Origin: Marsupella aquatica
Lineage: Eukaryota > Plantae > Marchantiophyta
DNA: 64,000 nucleotides
Assembly: GCA_973895155.1 (NCBI GenBank)
Contig: OZ316892.1
Location: 26,249,233-26,313,232, forward strand
Direction: 5' to 3'
Shown: one piece after another, positions 11,909 to 26,022 of the stretch
Layout of the letters: the number at the start of each line of letters is the position of its first letter
How positions within the stretch are numbered: position 1 is the stretch's first letter
Translations under genes and position numbers: made by a program
Notes under the pieces: generated by a model
What the model saw: only the letters and a program-made list of their open reading frames with translations
The model's database searches: none
Told to the model about the DNA's origin: nothing

Positions 11909-14900
11909 ATGATCCCTTTGAGAACTCCCATCCCTTTTCTCGCCGACAGTCCACTGCCAAAGTCGGACTCCCCGAAGATTGCAAGGGTGTCAGTCACTGA
12001 AGAATCCAGTGATGAAGAAGATGGCCAGGAGGAGAGTGGAGAGAAGAGGTAAGAGAGAATCCTCTGCTCACCTTCTTACTTGCTTTCATTCGTAGAGGTA
12101 AGGAATCTTGCTGGTCGATCAGACGCAGAGAATTAGGTATCACTCGTTTTGTTTCTATAATTGTATGGTCTGTTTCTCACGGGAGCACGAACCCTGTCCT
12201 GATGACCGAAGGCTTCCCTCAAGAGAGTGACTCAGTAGTGCTCGTTGTGTCCTTCAGAATTACTAGAGCGTGGAAAGAAGATGATGAGATAATTACATAC
12301 AAACGGCGATCCCGAATTGGGGGTAAAGTCGACAAAGCGGGAAATGGAGACGACTTATGTAATCACAACAGGGAATTCCCTGCATGCGTCCTAAAACGGT
12401 ATTGTCTCTTTTCACAGCCCTCATTGTGTTCATTGTCGTAAATTGTGACATCAAGATGTTAGAGATGACAAGATGGGCTTCTTTCTTCCTCGTCAGCTCC
12501 CGACCCGCAAGGCACTTGCATGCACAATTCAAGGCTATAAGATACTGCTAAATGCGACAATATCCCCAGAGAACTGATGTGCACCAGCGTAGAAAGGACG
12601 ACATATCATTCACGATTGACTTCCAACGATTATTTGGATGACATTTCGATTCTCAATTTTACCTTAATATGCCTATGCTTCTGGAACTAGATCCTGCACA
12701 TAAGTCACCCGAGTTTTACATTCACAAGCATGATGTGCTCCAATTTTTCCACCTCTGAAGGTAGGATTGCTGGATGCTGAACGGATTCTCCAGGTGAGCC
12801 CTACTGGCTTCTTTAGCTCGTAGCCTGCCGCCAACGTGGGGCTAACACCGTGGCTGTATTGCAGGAAGACTCCAGATGACTGGGAATTGGATAGTTCTGA
12901 GAATGTTAGCGATGGGGAGATTGATACGTCTGATTCCATCGACCAAAGTACTCACACTTCAGGAAAAGTCTGCGGCTGGGCGTCGAAAGAGGCGAAAGGG
13001 TTTGGTAGAGGGAAAGCATTGTCCATGATCAAGAGTTGGAAGAGGGTGATTGGCATACAGAAGACGCTCGCTCCCAAGCGTGTGATAGGTCAATATTTTC
13101 TTGATCTAGGTCAGTCTGACTTTTCATATACAACATGCCATACATGTGGGTTATTTTATGCCCGTGGGCATGAGAATGACGAGAAGGTGCACAAGACTTT
13201 CCACAGGAACCTTACACAGGGTATTATTTTTAAGGTACTGAGTCTGTGACTATTCTGCTTCTCTAAACTTTTTTTCTTTCATTTTTGCTAACACAATTTC
13301 TTCGGAATTCTGCCTGGCATCCTCCTTTGTTCCTTCATGAGACGGCATTATCCCTTGTCGAAAGTTTAATCTTTGTAGATTTCTCCATGCCTCTTGACTA
13401 GGGAAGGCGATTCCGTGTATTGACTCGAAGATGTTGTGCACGTAAGAATGCGCAGGGTTGGCAAAGTGAACGGGTTGCCAGCAGACTTGATGACAAGGGA
13501 AATCGTGTCATAGTCGTCCTAGCAGAGGATAGTCACCATCAAGCTAAGGTAGCTCAATTGCACTTCGGATCTGGAACCGAGAAAGCTTATAGTTGCTCCT
13601 CTAGTTATGCTGTGCAAAACATTTCTGTACAGTAGTAGCCTGTAGATGGTTCACAGGCTATGTATCATGAGCTAAATTTGTGGTTAGAAGGTCTCCTTCA
13701 TTTCAGTTCAAGGGCTGTGTTTCTCTTCAAGAAGAACGTGAAGACTGGACGACCGTGGATGTGTTAAATTTCTCTGAGTTTCTAGTGGGAGGTTGAGTAG
13801 CTTGTAGTTTCCGTCACTGAAATTTTGTCCATTGTGGGTCCCTGTTGTAGGTGAGAGAAGTGATTAAAGTTATGGAACTTGAGTTGGGGCTCACTCCAGG
13901 CTGGCTTCTGCAGAGGTCTTCTAAGGTATAACTCCTGATTTGTAAGCCCTCGTTTGGGTCAGTTTGTAATGTGTTAGCGGAATGAGTGCAGCGCTTTCTT
14001 GGTTATTAACCATGATGATCTAGAACTCTCGTGGCCAGTGAGGTTGTTGTTGTTTGGGCTCTTCTGAGGCAAGTGTTGACTTTGGTGCGTTCTTTATATC
14101 TCTGGTTCTCAGGTATATCTCTTCATCTCTTCTTCAAAGAAGATCGTGGGCTGTCTGATGGCAGAACCGATTCAGTCTGCTTTCCGAGTGGTTTCGGCTC
14201 AGTCACAGATTTCTAGAGAAGGTGGTAAGCTAGACCAGAGTGACGGAGGAGAGAAGAAATCTTCAAGTTTGAGAACTCGCCTTCAGAATGCCTTGAACGA
14301 GAGCCCCAGTCAATTGGACATGAGTGCATCAGAGCCTCTAGCTATACGAAGTGATGAAATGGACGAAAGCACGCAGGGTCTTACTGAAGGAGAGAGTCGC
14401 CTTCTTCCAAAGAATAGCCCAGATGTGAGATCAGAGGATTTAATCTCTGCTTCCAGGTTATCTTCCATCTGTGTATCAAAATGTGGGGCGCCTGGAGAGT
14501 CACTGGAGTGTACATCCAAGATCAAGGGACCTCTACTACATCCTTGTGTCAGTGTAAAGCAAGAACGTGGGTCGGTTAGAGACAGAATAAAGACACCAAA
14601 GATTACAGACTTTTTTGCTCTGAAAACTCGTCGTTCGGAAAGTCAGGGAGTGTGCAAGTTTGAACGGGATGTCATTGAATCCAAAGCTGATGTCAAGGGC
14701 ACTCATGTGAAGGTTGAAAATGGCGAGGAATCATCACATGGTTTTTTTATTTCGGGACAAGACAAACAACAAGACTGCAGGGAGCCAGAAAATGAAGAGA
14801 AAGTGTTACCGAGTTCTGTCCCTGAAGCAGCTGAACAGAAAGGGAGGCCTTTGGCTTCAGGAAGTAGAGAGACAGATGTACAGGAAGGAGATAATAGGGA

Positions 14901-15494
14901 GGGTAAGCAGCCTAGAAATAATGTCATGCTTTTTGGAAATATTAAATTCTTTAGAGAGATACCATCACGAAAGCGACCAAGTACGGAGCGCACACAGGAT
15001 TTAGGTAGTGCAATTTTGTGCACCAAGACACCCGTGCCAGCTGTTTGTGGTGTCCGAGTCATCTGGGTTTCACAAACGGAAAGGAGGAAAGGCGTTGCTT
15101 CACATCTTCTTGATGCTATGAGGTAGGCTCAGTATGTAGCTCACTTTTTTCAGTTCGGACATATATCAAGGAAATACTACATTTTCATCCGTGTTCTTTT
15201 TGCGCCCTCTCACATCCTCCAGATTTGTAGTTCAAAGTTCGGGTAAGAAAACCGTGCAACGGCTAGCTATTTTTTGTTTGAGAAAGAATCTTTGAAAGTT
15301 GCCTTGCGATCATGTGTTTTGCAACTGATCATATCATACGATGGCCTTGAACGCTTTTTTGCAGGAAAACGTTTTCTCTGGGTGTTGTACTGGAGCCTTC
15401 GCAATTTGCCTTTTCTCAACCGACACTAGAAGGAAGAATATTTGCCGCATGGTACTGCAAAGCAGATGAATTTCTAGTTTATACTTCTAGCTAG
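11909..15494 (+). CDS. CTF7: Cohesin acetyltransferase CTF7/ECO1 (multi-exon)
   Basis: C2H2 Zn finger QYFLDLGQSDFSYTTCHTCGLFYARGHENDEKVHKTFH and GNAT motifs AVCGVRVIWVSQTERRKGVASHLLDAMR and QFAFSQPTLEGRIFA. GT-AG exons: ..13234, 13456-13548, 13851-13925, 14113-15122, 15365-15494 (TAG). The 5' exons (11909-~12048, 12258-12322) and the start codon are tentative. Confidence 0.9.
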
Positions 15495-16727
15495 TTTGGT
15501 AAAAGTGTTACCCAGAAAGGGCTTTAGCATCCATACCATTCTTTGGTACGTATTTGGATTCTTGCGAAAAGCAAGGTCTGAGCTAGTACCGCTTTTAGTT
15601 TTCAATTTTACCAGATGACTGTTGAAATCTTTATCGAAATAGTAAAACACATTCTGACAGTGGTGCCATCTAGAAGAAACTTCTACTCAACTGTGCTGGG
15701 CTTTTTGGCAATAACCTCACTCAAGATGCTGCTCGGACACAATTGTTTATTTGGGAAGTTCAAGCGCAAGCATCGCTGCGAAAGCGAGGGATTAGTGGGC
15801 TGGAAGTGGGCCGTAGTGACATTATTTTCAACCGCGATTGCAATTTCAATTTGCTCTATGTCGGTCATGTGTCGACAGAACAAGGCCAGCCTGTTGCCAT
15901 GCTTGGAAGCAGTAGGTTGTTGTTATTCTGTAAGTGGATGAGCTGGATAAGCTGTTAGTCTCATCCGAAAATGATGCGCGCAGACAAAGTGAACACGATT
16001 TACACAAACGAAATTTGTCAGTACAACAGTGAAATCTTCCTCTTATTTCTTGCATTCAGTCAGCTTCTTGTTACTGAAGGTGACTATCAAATTTGAGTTG
16101 GACGGCCTTTCCGACTATCATTACCCACGCTGTCTGCAATCGCACCGAATCCCAATTTCTTTTCGATGTGGCTTCTACGGCTCTAAGGATTGGCGGGGTA
16201 ATCATTCAGGATGAGGAGAGAAGGCCTCCAGAACTTGCTGCACCGTGTTTGGTGGCTATCTATATATCTATCCATCTATCTTAATACGTTCACAACTCTA
16301 GTGCTGCTCACGCTGTGGGGATGAATGTGCCAGCCGTTCGGAACAGAGGTGGTTACTGGAAGAAAATTACAGTCCGCTTGTAATGTGGTTCAGCGTTGCA
16401 CGCTTACAAAGTAGAGGTATATTTCACGTAGAGGTATATGTCAAACTGCCAAAAACAAAGAGAGACAAAATCACTTCCTGTGGCAGGAAACCAATCAAGG
16501 GAGAAAAAGCAAAGGGCCAAAAAGCCAAAAGTACCCAGGCAAAAGCCCATGGCAAGAAAAGTCAAGAAACAAACCACTTAAATCCTACACCCTACCTACA
16601 GGTAAACTGAAGTGCCTGGTATAGTTCAGGTGTAAAGGGTCAAGCAAGGGAAGTTGACTAGAGGCCCGAAATCCAATTGTCTCTCTCCTATGAACAATAG
16701 TGAAGGCCTGTGTTCTCTGGAGAGCAT

Positions 16728-16935
16728 TAGACACCCACTGTCTAAAAAAGGCTGTGATAATAAAAGGCTGATAGAAGGGTAGACACCCACTGTCTAAAAA
16801 AAGGCTGTGATAATAAAAGGCTGATAGCAGGGTAGACACCCACTGTCAAAAAAGGCTGTGATAATAAAAGGCTGATAGCAGGGTAGACACCCACTGTCTA
16901 AAAAAGGCTGTGATAATAAAAGGCTGATAGAAGGG
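16728..16935. repeat. ~52-bp tandem repeat, 4 copies
   Basis: Unit TAGACACCCACTGTCTAAAAAAGGCTGTGATAATAAAAGGCTGATAGAAGGG; each unit begins with a small TAGACA/TGTCTA hairpin. Confidence 0.9.
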
Positions 16936-18736
16936 CCTGAATTGGAGTGAGAACCTAAATCTAACTGCTAATTTTCCAGTATAGTAAGCATAAGGGACAG
17001 TAGAAGTGTGACCCGTGATCTACTGACAATCCTAATCCTGATCATTAAACTCCTATAATGCACAGGCGTTCATGCTGGTTTTATACAGTTGTCATGGGAT
17101 GTCTACTGGGAATGCAACTCATGGGCCAATGCTAATCGAGAGGTTTTGGGCTATCCTGGATATATATTGTCATCAAGCTTTTCCCAGTGACCAGGGTTTA
17201 TGGTAGTAGATGCAGTTGCCAGGGTTGGGCCCTCACTCCCCAGGAATTGGTCAATGTTTGTGGAAGTTTATGTTCCAACGCTGCTGATAATTTGCTTGAT
17301 GTTGAGACCGGGATGAGATTACGAATGACAAAAGAATGCTTCATGCACAAGAAGAACCAGTTGCAATGTCGTGCAAGGCAGAGCCACTGAATGTGCAGGC
17401 AATGTTGTCTAAGGTCCAATGCAAATGCAAATGCAAATGCGCATCGCATCACGTAACATTGACCAGGCTGGTTTGAACCATTGCAGGGACAGTTCAAAGC
17501 CACAGTTAGCAAATGGGGGTCTATTAATGGGGAGACTATGGGAATGGAGTTGAAAGACAGGACCGGGAAAAATGCCAGGCCCGTAATCTTGCCTGTAAAA
17601 TTTCCCAATAGCGGCTGAAAATCTCCAAACGGTATGAGAAGCTCTCAGATTTAGATTGGCCCTTAGTTGATTGTTGATCCTTGGTTGCCATCTCTGGCTC
17701 CACCGTGTATTTGTGTGGGGCCCTTGCTGAGCAATGATTCATTGTCTCAAACTCTTAGTAAAGAGCAGTGTACACTTCGAAACAACAGATAGACGACCAC
17801 TACGTGGCTGCTTCTGTTTGCCACTTGAACACCTGGCCCTCATAGAAAAAAACACACTGTCTAACATCGAAGGAAGTCAAACCATACTGACGCAATAGAT
17901 TGTACGTACTCCCTAAATCTATGCTCAGATTAGTATTCGTTATAGCGTTTAGGAATATAACTGAAAGCCATTGTGTTTTTGCAAGGAGCCAACTAAAAAT
18001 TTACATTCCTCATACAGAGTCACCTATAAGTGCTTAGAAAGTACATTGAGGTCAAAACTCCTAGTTACATGTCCTTCAAGTCTTGGAGTGAAGTCCTGCT
18101 GAAATACATTCTTTCCAAGCATTCACAATCAAACAAACCAATTTCTTCCACATCGCCCGCAATCGGATTCATACTGATCCCAGTGAGATGGCACGGCGCC
18201 GAGGAAAGGGAGTTGCCTTTCGCGGTGCAAAAGCTCCCTGAAATTCTCGAATCCTTTCTTGGAAGTGAAGATATTGTGCTGGGTGCATTAAGATTTTCAC
18301 GTACCTCTTCAACCCTCTACCGTACTATCTACTACCAACTGTCGTGGAATACCATACTTCTCCAGAATATCTGAAAAGCTTTACAATCTAGCCTTGATCT
18401 CAACTGTGTTTTGAATGGAAGACCCAATCTACCTCTCCTACTCTGGGTCTGACAGCTACGGGATAAAATAAACGTGAGCGCGAGTTTCGATACAGTTCCA
18501 AGTTCCTTCTTGCTTGAATCATCCGCCTTTACTTAATTACAATACTACTAACTAATTTGTAAACTGCGTAGTGCTATAATGTCAACTAATTAGGATGACT
18601 AAGTACAACAGGGAGGATCGAACGATTATTCTTCCACACGTATGTGTGTGTGTTCTATTTGAAAGAGTTCCGTATCTGGGAGATCACAATTTCAACACGG
18701 TACCACCGCAGAACTGTCTTCGTAAAGACTAGCAAT

Positions 18737-21700
18737 TCATGTTGAGCGACGTAATCCTGTACCCTGCAGACTTCGTACTGCAACACGTACAGCTCCAACA
18801 GCACCCAATTGCCTCATCTCTGGACTCATTCCTATCCCTTCTTTCTCATCTACAGCGGACACCTGGATTTGTACTCCTACGAAAAAGGCCACCTGCAATA
18901 GTTTTCAGAATATCAGTTGAAGATCATGATGAAGTGAAAGTGCAGCTGCAATTAGCGACCAACCTTTAAAACCTCTTACTCCCAAAATAATTGTTACATG
19001 GTTTGCGACCTCCGCTAAACAAGCTGTAAAATGTATCTTATGTTTCCGTTTCAAAAATTCTATTGTAGACTCAAATCACAGAGCCGGACAAAAAATTAAC
19101 CGACTGCAACCCACCTTGCCTTTGGAGCATCGAACAGGAGCAACATGCAACAAGTTCCAGAAAGGTCTCTTGTCCTTCCTGCACTCCACAACACACCAAT
19201 CGTCAGAAGAGACGAGACGCAAGAGGTTAATAATAATGTCAGGCCTCAACGCTCAATCACTAGTAGGATGTAAAATGTAACAGAAAGTTTAGCTTATGCA
19301 AAGACAGGCGGTACAAAAGTCACAACATTAATCCAGAGACAAATATTGCAGATCAGGTACCTGTAATTTATAAGTCGAACAGAGCATGACTTCTCCAAGC
19401 TCATGCTCTCCCGGATCTGACAAACCAACCAACGATGGAAACAATTAGTTGAGGTTGAATGTAAGGTCCTGTATAGAACAAAAAGTCTGCCGCACTGCGA
19501 CTCGACAGAAACGCCCAGTTCTGAAAAAAAGACAGAACGGTCTGACTGGCCTAATGCAATCACCAAACAATCAAAGAAGGATATGGGCCATCATCGACCC
19601 ATTGACCACCAGGAGGAACATTAAGTTACAGTTCAAAAGCAAAGTAACAGTTGGTTAAATTACCCAGAGACCACCAACGTTACTTTTAGATTACATTTCA
19701 ACAGCACAGCAAAACTTGGAGACAAGAACAGTGGGATGACCACCCCATAGATACTAACGTTCGGGCCCAAATTAGTAAAAGAAATAAGAATGGCTTCGTT
19801 TGCTTCAATATGGAAATATCTACCGTGTCTTTTCAGGAGCTCAACTAACAAATTCAGAAATACTGTCGATGCAGTCATTTCAATATAAACCCAAATGGCC
19901 TAAAGGGAGAATGTTAGATTGTGTTCCAAGTTTTACACTGCTTATTCCTCCGGTCCAACCTCAACGGGTTAAATAACCCAAACTACAATAAAACCTAAAT
20001 AAAGCAAGGCTTTGTACACAACATCCAGCTGTGCCATATCCTTTCTAGGTCAGAACTTTCGTAATACTCATTCCACTGAAGGAAAATTTGTTCTAGACCA
20101 CAAGAAACAAATTTCGTTGCTTCAATTCAGAAAGAGCCTCGGTGAGACTTGGACTTGCATTTTCCCCAAGGATGCATAAACGTACAAGAATTTACCCATC
20201 CGACCATTAATTGAAAATGGCGGCATTAAGAAGGGGTCAATGTAAATCTAGCTTCGAAGGCACTGAACTCTTAATGACCGTAGTAACCCATACGATCTGT
20301 GAAACGACTAGATGAATGCTATCCAATACCAGGGTCTAGCAAGATAACGATCATAAATTAAGACAAAACAGAGTAAAATAGATTGTGGAACCTTGAGTTA
20401 GCAGGTAACAAAGACAACAACCACCTGTTCTATCCCGCAAATATTCTTTCACGAGCTCCAAAGGATATGTCCTACAGGTAGTGACTGACCGCAATGGGGT
20501 ATGGGTTCAAAACACATCGCAAATTTATGAATCCTCAGTTCTCAATTTTAAACTGCCGGCCCCCAAGAATGGGATTCATTTCCATAATCTAGATATTCGA
20601 GCTTGAGCTCGAGACAGCGGAAAAACGAGAAAATCGGGATATGAATGGGACTACTAGTGGGCAATCTTTCGACTGTATATATTTGACCAAGACTTAAATG
20701 ACCTGTGCAACAACAATTGCGAACCTTCACATTTTTCTCAGTCTATCTGATATTGCCAAAAACGAGATAGACAACAGACAAATTTAAGACGTTCTGTCGA
20801 CTACTTTGTGCGAATACTGTCCATCTAACCCCGGGGTTCTAGGACTGCGTGAAAAATCTCAACAGCAGATTAAGGGCATCTGGACGAGAAACCAGGATAA
20901 TTCACGGATACGGGAGGATAGCATTCCGACTGTGGTGACTAAGATTACCAGACCTCAAGCAGCTGCTGTAGACAGCGCCTCGGTTTCATCCAATTTCTGG
21001 CAAGTTTGACAGTTTGTACAAAGCGACCATCAAATCAATAAGATGCATAAATCAATGTCAATCGGACCAGAATATATAATAACGTCATCCATAACTATAG
21101 AAACTCAAAAACCCTGCAACGAAATATAACAATACCTGTGCAACAGATTTTGGATCAGTACCAGGGCCCTGCAAGAACCGGCAATTGCGGCCCATGACTT
21201 CGTCTCGGCTGTATCCTGCAGTAGAAACATTAGCAAGAAATAAGATTAGCGAACTTTTCTGGAAATGTAAGCTACAACAGAATGTTAACGGAACCTGACC
21301 ATGATGCGCAAACAGAGCTACAGTAGAAAGATGGCATCTCATCCAATATACTCATCATAGCATCCAAAACGATCCACACCAGAAAGTTTACGCTTGGGAG
21401 TATATCTCACCAGTTAAATGAAGAAACAAATCACTCGCATGCACAATCGGTGTATCAGGAAGATGTGGATCAGCCCTGCAAACAGAAAACAAATGTACCT
21501 GTCAGTATCCCTTCCAAGCAACTTACATAAATTTGAAATGAGCGACAAACCAGACGGTGCTTGAGACGAGATTGACGGCAGCAATGCAACAGGGCTTTGC
21601 AAACCTGCTAACAGAGAAGGTCTCAATTATAGACGTCAAGGATAACACTCAAGGTATGAGGTCAATCAATTAAAAGAGGGACTCACTCTCAACAACTTAG

Positions 21701-23598
21701 CCTCAACCCTTGCAATGGCCCTGCATGGATACCAAAGATGCAAATCATGGTCTGCAAGGTTGCCAGCCACAAACTACGACAGGCCAGTAACCTAAACCAC
21801 ATTTACTTTCCTACTCTATCCCTCAACGACCCCAATTAATTGATAAGAGATTGGCCACCAGAGAACACTAGGAACGAATCTCAAATCCATGATGGTTGAA
21901 GAATAATACTCGAGGGCAGAGCGCTCCGCCTTTATCACTGGCAGAGTGCTACAAATTGGCCAGGAGCCTAAAGCACAGTTTCCTGTCTACAACCACAAAT
22001 CTTCAGCACTCCACAACCCCACTGACAGTTGATCAGTTGCTGGCCAGCAAGTCAGCATCTACCACCAAATCGCAGGACGTAGTGGTTTAAATAAATAAAT
22101 GAATTGCAGACGGTATGGAAACTACGAAGCTGACGACAATTGTAACTGTTCCTTATACATCGAGAAGGGATCTGTGATTTAGAATGCGCAGCCCGCATAG
22201 TAGCAAAGTAAAGAAGCAGCTACATAAAGGATTAACCAGCCTCTGCAAACAACGACCGATGATACTCTACGTGTATGGTTTAAGCCCTTCGACGTTCGTA
22301 AGACCTTCCCTGACTGTAACAGAAACTTGAGCTATCGACTGTACAGAGTTCACCGTCCCATTGTCAACTTCCATCCGATAACCAGGGCCCACTCAGCGTG
22401 GTCACAGTTTTAACGCAAAGAAGAAGAACTCGAGATTATTGCCCTGACTAGAAGATAGAGAAACTCACAGAACGAAGCTTTGCTGTATCCGAGTCAATGA
22501 GAGCAGAAGGGACGAACACACAACCCCCGATGCTGTACATTCAGAGAGCTGCTTGTTCCTGCTTTCGAGGACCTCTCCCTTCCCTTTGCTGGATTCCACC
22601 AGTTGAGAAACTATACTTCTCGTTGCATTTGTAGCTTTGAGCGACTCAGGTTCTTGTGGGTGGCAAGCGTCAGAAACCGCCATTCCTGTCATGTAAAACC
22701 CATTGACGCAAATTAGCTATTAACACTACTGAATACTAATGAGTCAATGGCATCGCACCAACAGCTGTCACTAACATCCTGAGAAAATTAATGTCTTCTC
22801 ATTCAATCTGCAGGGAACCGAACAGTGCTGACCTCCGCCCATAAAGCGCGTCGCGACCACGTACTCTACATCCGTTTCACCATCATGCATGTCCTTGCCT
22901 GAAGTGGACAGTCCTACACGATCGGGAATCCTCTCCACATTCAAGAAGCAGTTTGACAAGCCATTCAATCCCTGACCTTCTGAATTACGCCTCGCGCATC
23001 CTGGTTCCGGAGACCCCACATCCAAATCCATCTTTTTCTGAATTAGATTTGACTCCTCAACCGACGAGGGAAGGTCCTTGGCAGGCTCTGAACTCGGGTT
23101 CAGGCGACTCATGATTGTCTCCGTTTCTGGACGGGAAGTGGCTAACTGACGAGAAATAGGAGTTTGAACTCCGACGAAATGGGTCACAGTGCCGTCTACT
23201 TTCGAAAACACGGGAGCGAGGTGAAACAGATTCCAAAACGGGTTTCCTTCCTTCGTGTAATTTAAAATCCGCACTTGAGCCGATCTTTCCTCCCTGATAG
23301 CGTCTCTTAGCTCGACCACAGTACGCCGGTCCGTGAGAGGGCCCTGCAAAAATCTACAATTCCGTCCCAACACTTCTTCTCTACTGTACCCCGACATCTT
23401 ACAAAATCCTTCGCTAGCATATATAATCGGATTCTCAGGTAGCCGTGGATCGCTAATCACGAAATTGAACTCATAGCTCCTCAACGACTCCTTCACCGAA
23501 TCCGTGTAAGTCGTGCTCAAAGATTCTACCAACGAATTCATCTTCCCGGTCCTCCGGACAACGTCCTCCTCCTTCTCAACAGTCACTTCCCGCCCCAT
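18737..23598 (-). CDS. LLP: LOV/LOV protein (PAS/LOV protein, LLP/PLP), blue-light flavoprotein
   Basis: Two LOV domains, each with GRNCRFLQG, and a C-terminal [17 protein letters not shown] motif typical of PLP/LLP; no kinase domain. In-phase GT-AG exons: 23598-22833, 22685-22469, 21475-21411, 21215-21136, 19416-19361, 19178-19115, 18892-18737 (TGA). Confidence 0.92.
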
Positions 23599-25149
23599 TC
23601 TCGAAATGCGATAGGGCAAGGAAGGAAAACCGATGATCCGCCAGCGTCCAACTTACTCAACAGTGTCTTGCCCACGGTCAACCGCTTTCAGTTCAAATAG
23701 AAACCCCGCTCATCGCTCAGCCGATCCAGGCGCCGTTCTGCTTGAGCCAAAATTATTCGGGTTCAGTGACACAAACGAGCTTCCACGCCCTCGCACTCCG
23801 GGCGAAAGATGAGACAGAATTTGAACAACACCATGTACCGACAAGGGCTTGAAGACTTCGTATTACGATACGACCGGCGAAATGCACCACAAGCAACCCC
23901 TCTGGTGTACACGCTGCAACCTTCACTGCCTTGGTCCTGTTTCGCAGAAGGTCTGGCAATGGGTAGACTTTATTCTACAGATCGCATCACATACGAGGAT
24001 ACCAGCTATCCGATTACAACCCTATCATGTGCTCCTGTCGGAACCCTTACCTGATCACTGGGGGATCCCGATAAAGCTCCAAAGCATTCTGCGTGCTGTC
24101 GTCTGCTTGGGAAAGACAGTTCATCGCACTTCATGGACCATGCACGCGCTAGGTGTTATCAGCAAGTCCTGGCATCCTCTTGGTACCTACAGAGAATGGC
24201 ATCAACAAAGTCAGAAGATGACTTTAAGGCAAACTGCCCCATTGGAATGCTCACAACGAGATGCAATTCAACTTCGGGGAACCAACGACAGGCTCTGATA
24301 TTTCACGAGGACCGTCTTCGGGTGCCGCGGTCCTGGAGAGAAAATCTAATACCCCCACTTGGATAGGCAATCTGTCTAAGGTTAGGAACTTATAGTAGGA
24401 TGTAGACTTGAGACGCTGCTTTCATTTAGAAGTTTTTCAAGGCAAAGAATCATTTGCTGAAATGACTAAGGCCCTCTCGACCACATCAGACCAACAAGGC
24501 AAGTTACACAACCCCATTGACGTGCAATTCGACAAGCTAAGTCCAGGGCAAAGACTTCACGATGAGGTACCTGACTACCGTACAGTCCACAATTTGCACT
24601 ATGGAAACACCGGGCAATGTGCACCAAAAGACGCGAGTGTAAACAGCAAGTGCCAATTGACAACATGGACAAGAAAGACAGATAGGACGTGTTGCGTAAT
24701 GCCCGTTAAACATTGAATTGCAATCTGACTAAGATGTCCACCTACCTAACGAGAGTCCCAAATACCACACTACCGAACGGAAGGTAGGGTTCACGACTGA
24801 TCACGCCTCCTCCGCCAGGGAGCAAATGAGCACATCAGCGAGCAACAGGAATCCGCTCCGACCACACATTAGTGCAGTGTGAAGGACGAATCGATAGCCT
24901 CTCGCCGTTGTTTCACCGAACTGCCCTGCACCGAATCAACGAGCTGCAAATCTGTAAGGTATTCGGCAAGAATCGCATCAAATCACTCTCTCCCGACTTC
25001 TCCGTGGAGCAGGCTGATGTGCACGTGATCGGGCAAGTCAATCTGCTCACAATCCGTATCGATCAGAGCGTAAAAGACCCGATAATCGAGCGGCGTCGTC
25101 ATGATCACCTCGACGACACTGTCCACGAGGGGCTTGCAGTGAGCTCCAA

Positions 25150-25680
25150 CTAACTGCACAATTTCATAAGTGCAATACCAGGTAAGTGCAATGCCTCCCG
25201 TTCTTTCCCCTTTTTTCCCGACCATGTCGCATTTTCTGCAGATCTCGTGTATCGTAAAATCCCACTAAGTGCACAATTTCGTAAGTGCAACTACCAGGTA
25301 AGTGCAATGCCTTCCGTTCTTTCCCTTTTTTCCCCACCATGTCGCATTTTCTGCAGTTTTCGTGGATAGCAAAGTCCCACTAAGTGCACAATTCATAAGT
25401 GCAACACTAAGTAAGTGCAAGGCCTCCCGTTCATCCCTTTTTTTCATCATGTAGCACTTTCTACAGTTTTCGTGATATAGTAAGGGTCCCACTAAGTGCA
25501 CAATTCATAAGTGCAACACTGAGGTAATTGCAAGGCCTGCCGTTTTTCCTCTTTTCATGTATAATAAAGTCCCACTAAGTGCACAATTCATAAGGGCAAC
25601 CATGGGTTATTGCAAAGCCTCCTGTCCTTCCCCATTTTCCACTACCATTTCGCACTTTTTGCAGTTTTCTGTTTATAGTA
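25150..25680. repeat. ~115-bp tandem repeat, ~5 degenerate copies
   Basis: CCCACTAAGTGCACAATTCATAAGTGCAAC...AAGTGCAAGGCCTCCCGTT recurs at ~25150, 25261, 25376, 25488 and 25571. Confidence 0.85.
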
Positions 25681-25926
25681 GGGGCATTTCAAGTAGAGTT
25701 AATTTTCACAAGTGATCAATCCTGGGATTGTTGAGGGCTGCAAAGGTTTGGGCGGGCACAGAATGGGAGGCCCTACCAGTCACGCCAGGGAGTCATGACC
25801 AAAACGGAAGGCCCGACTGGTACAAGGATGAGCACGGATTTTAGAGTAGTCATTGACTCAGGTTGTCATTCACACACAGCACCGCGACCCCTCTCAAATC
25901 TGACTACCTGGAAAACTCTCGGCCCC

Positions 25927-26022
25927 CCACCCAGTTTCAGTGTGAAAAGATCACCCCCCCGGCTGCACCCAGTTTCAGTGCGAAAAGATCACCCTCGGTT
26001 TCACCCAGTTTCAGTGCACCCG
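25927..26022. repeat. ~37-bp short tandem repeat, 3 copies
   Basis: CACCCAGTTTCAGTG(T/C)GAAAAGATCACCC repeated; the third copy is partial. Confidence 0.8.

Noticed and set aside
22771-23619. Phototropin or ZTL/FKF1
   Set aside because: No kinase, F-box or Kelch domain follows, and the C-terminal motif matches LLP/PLP.
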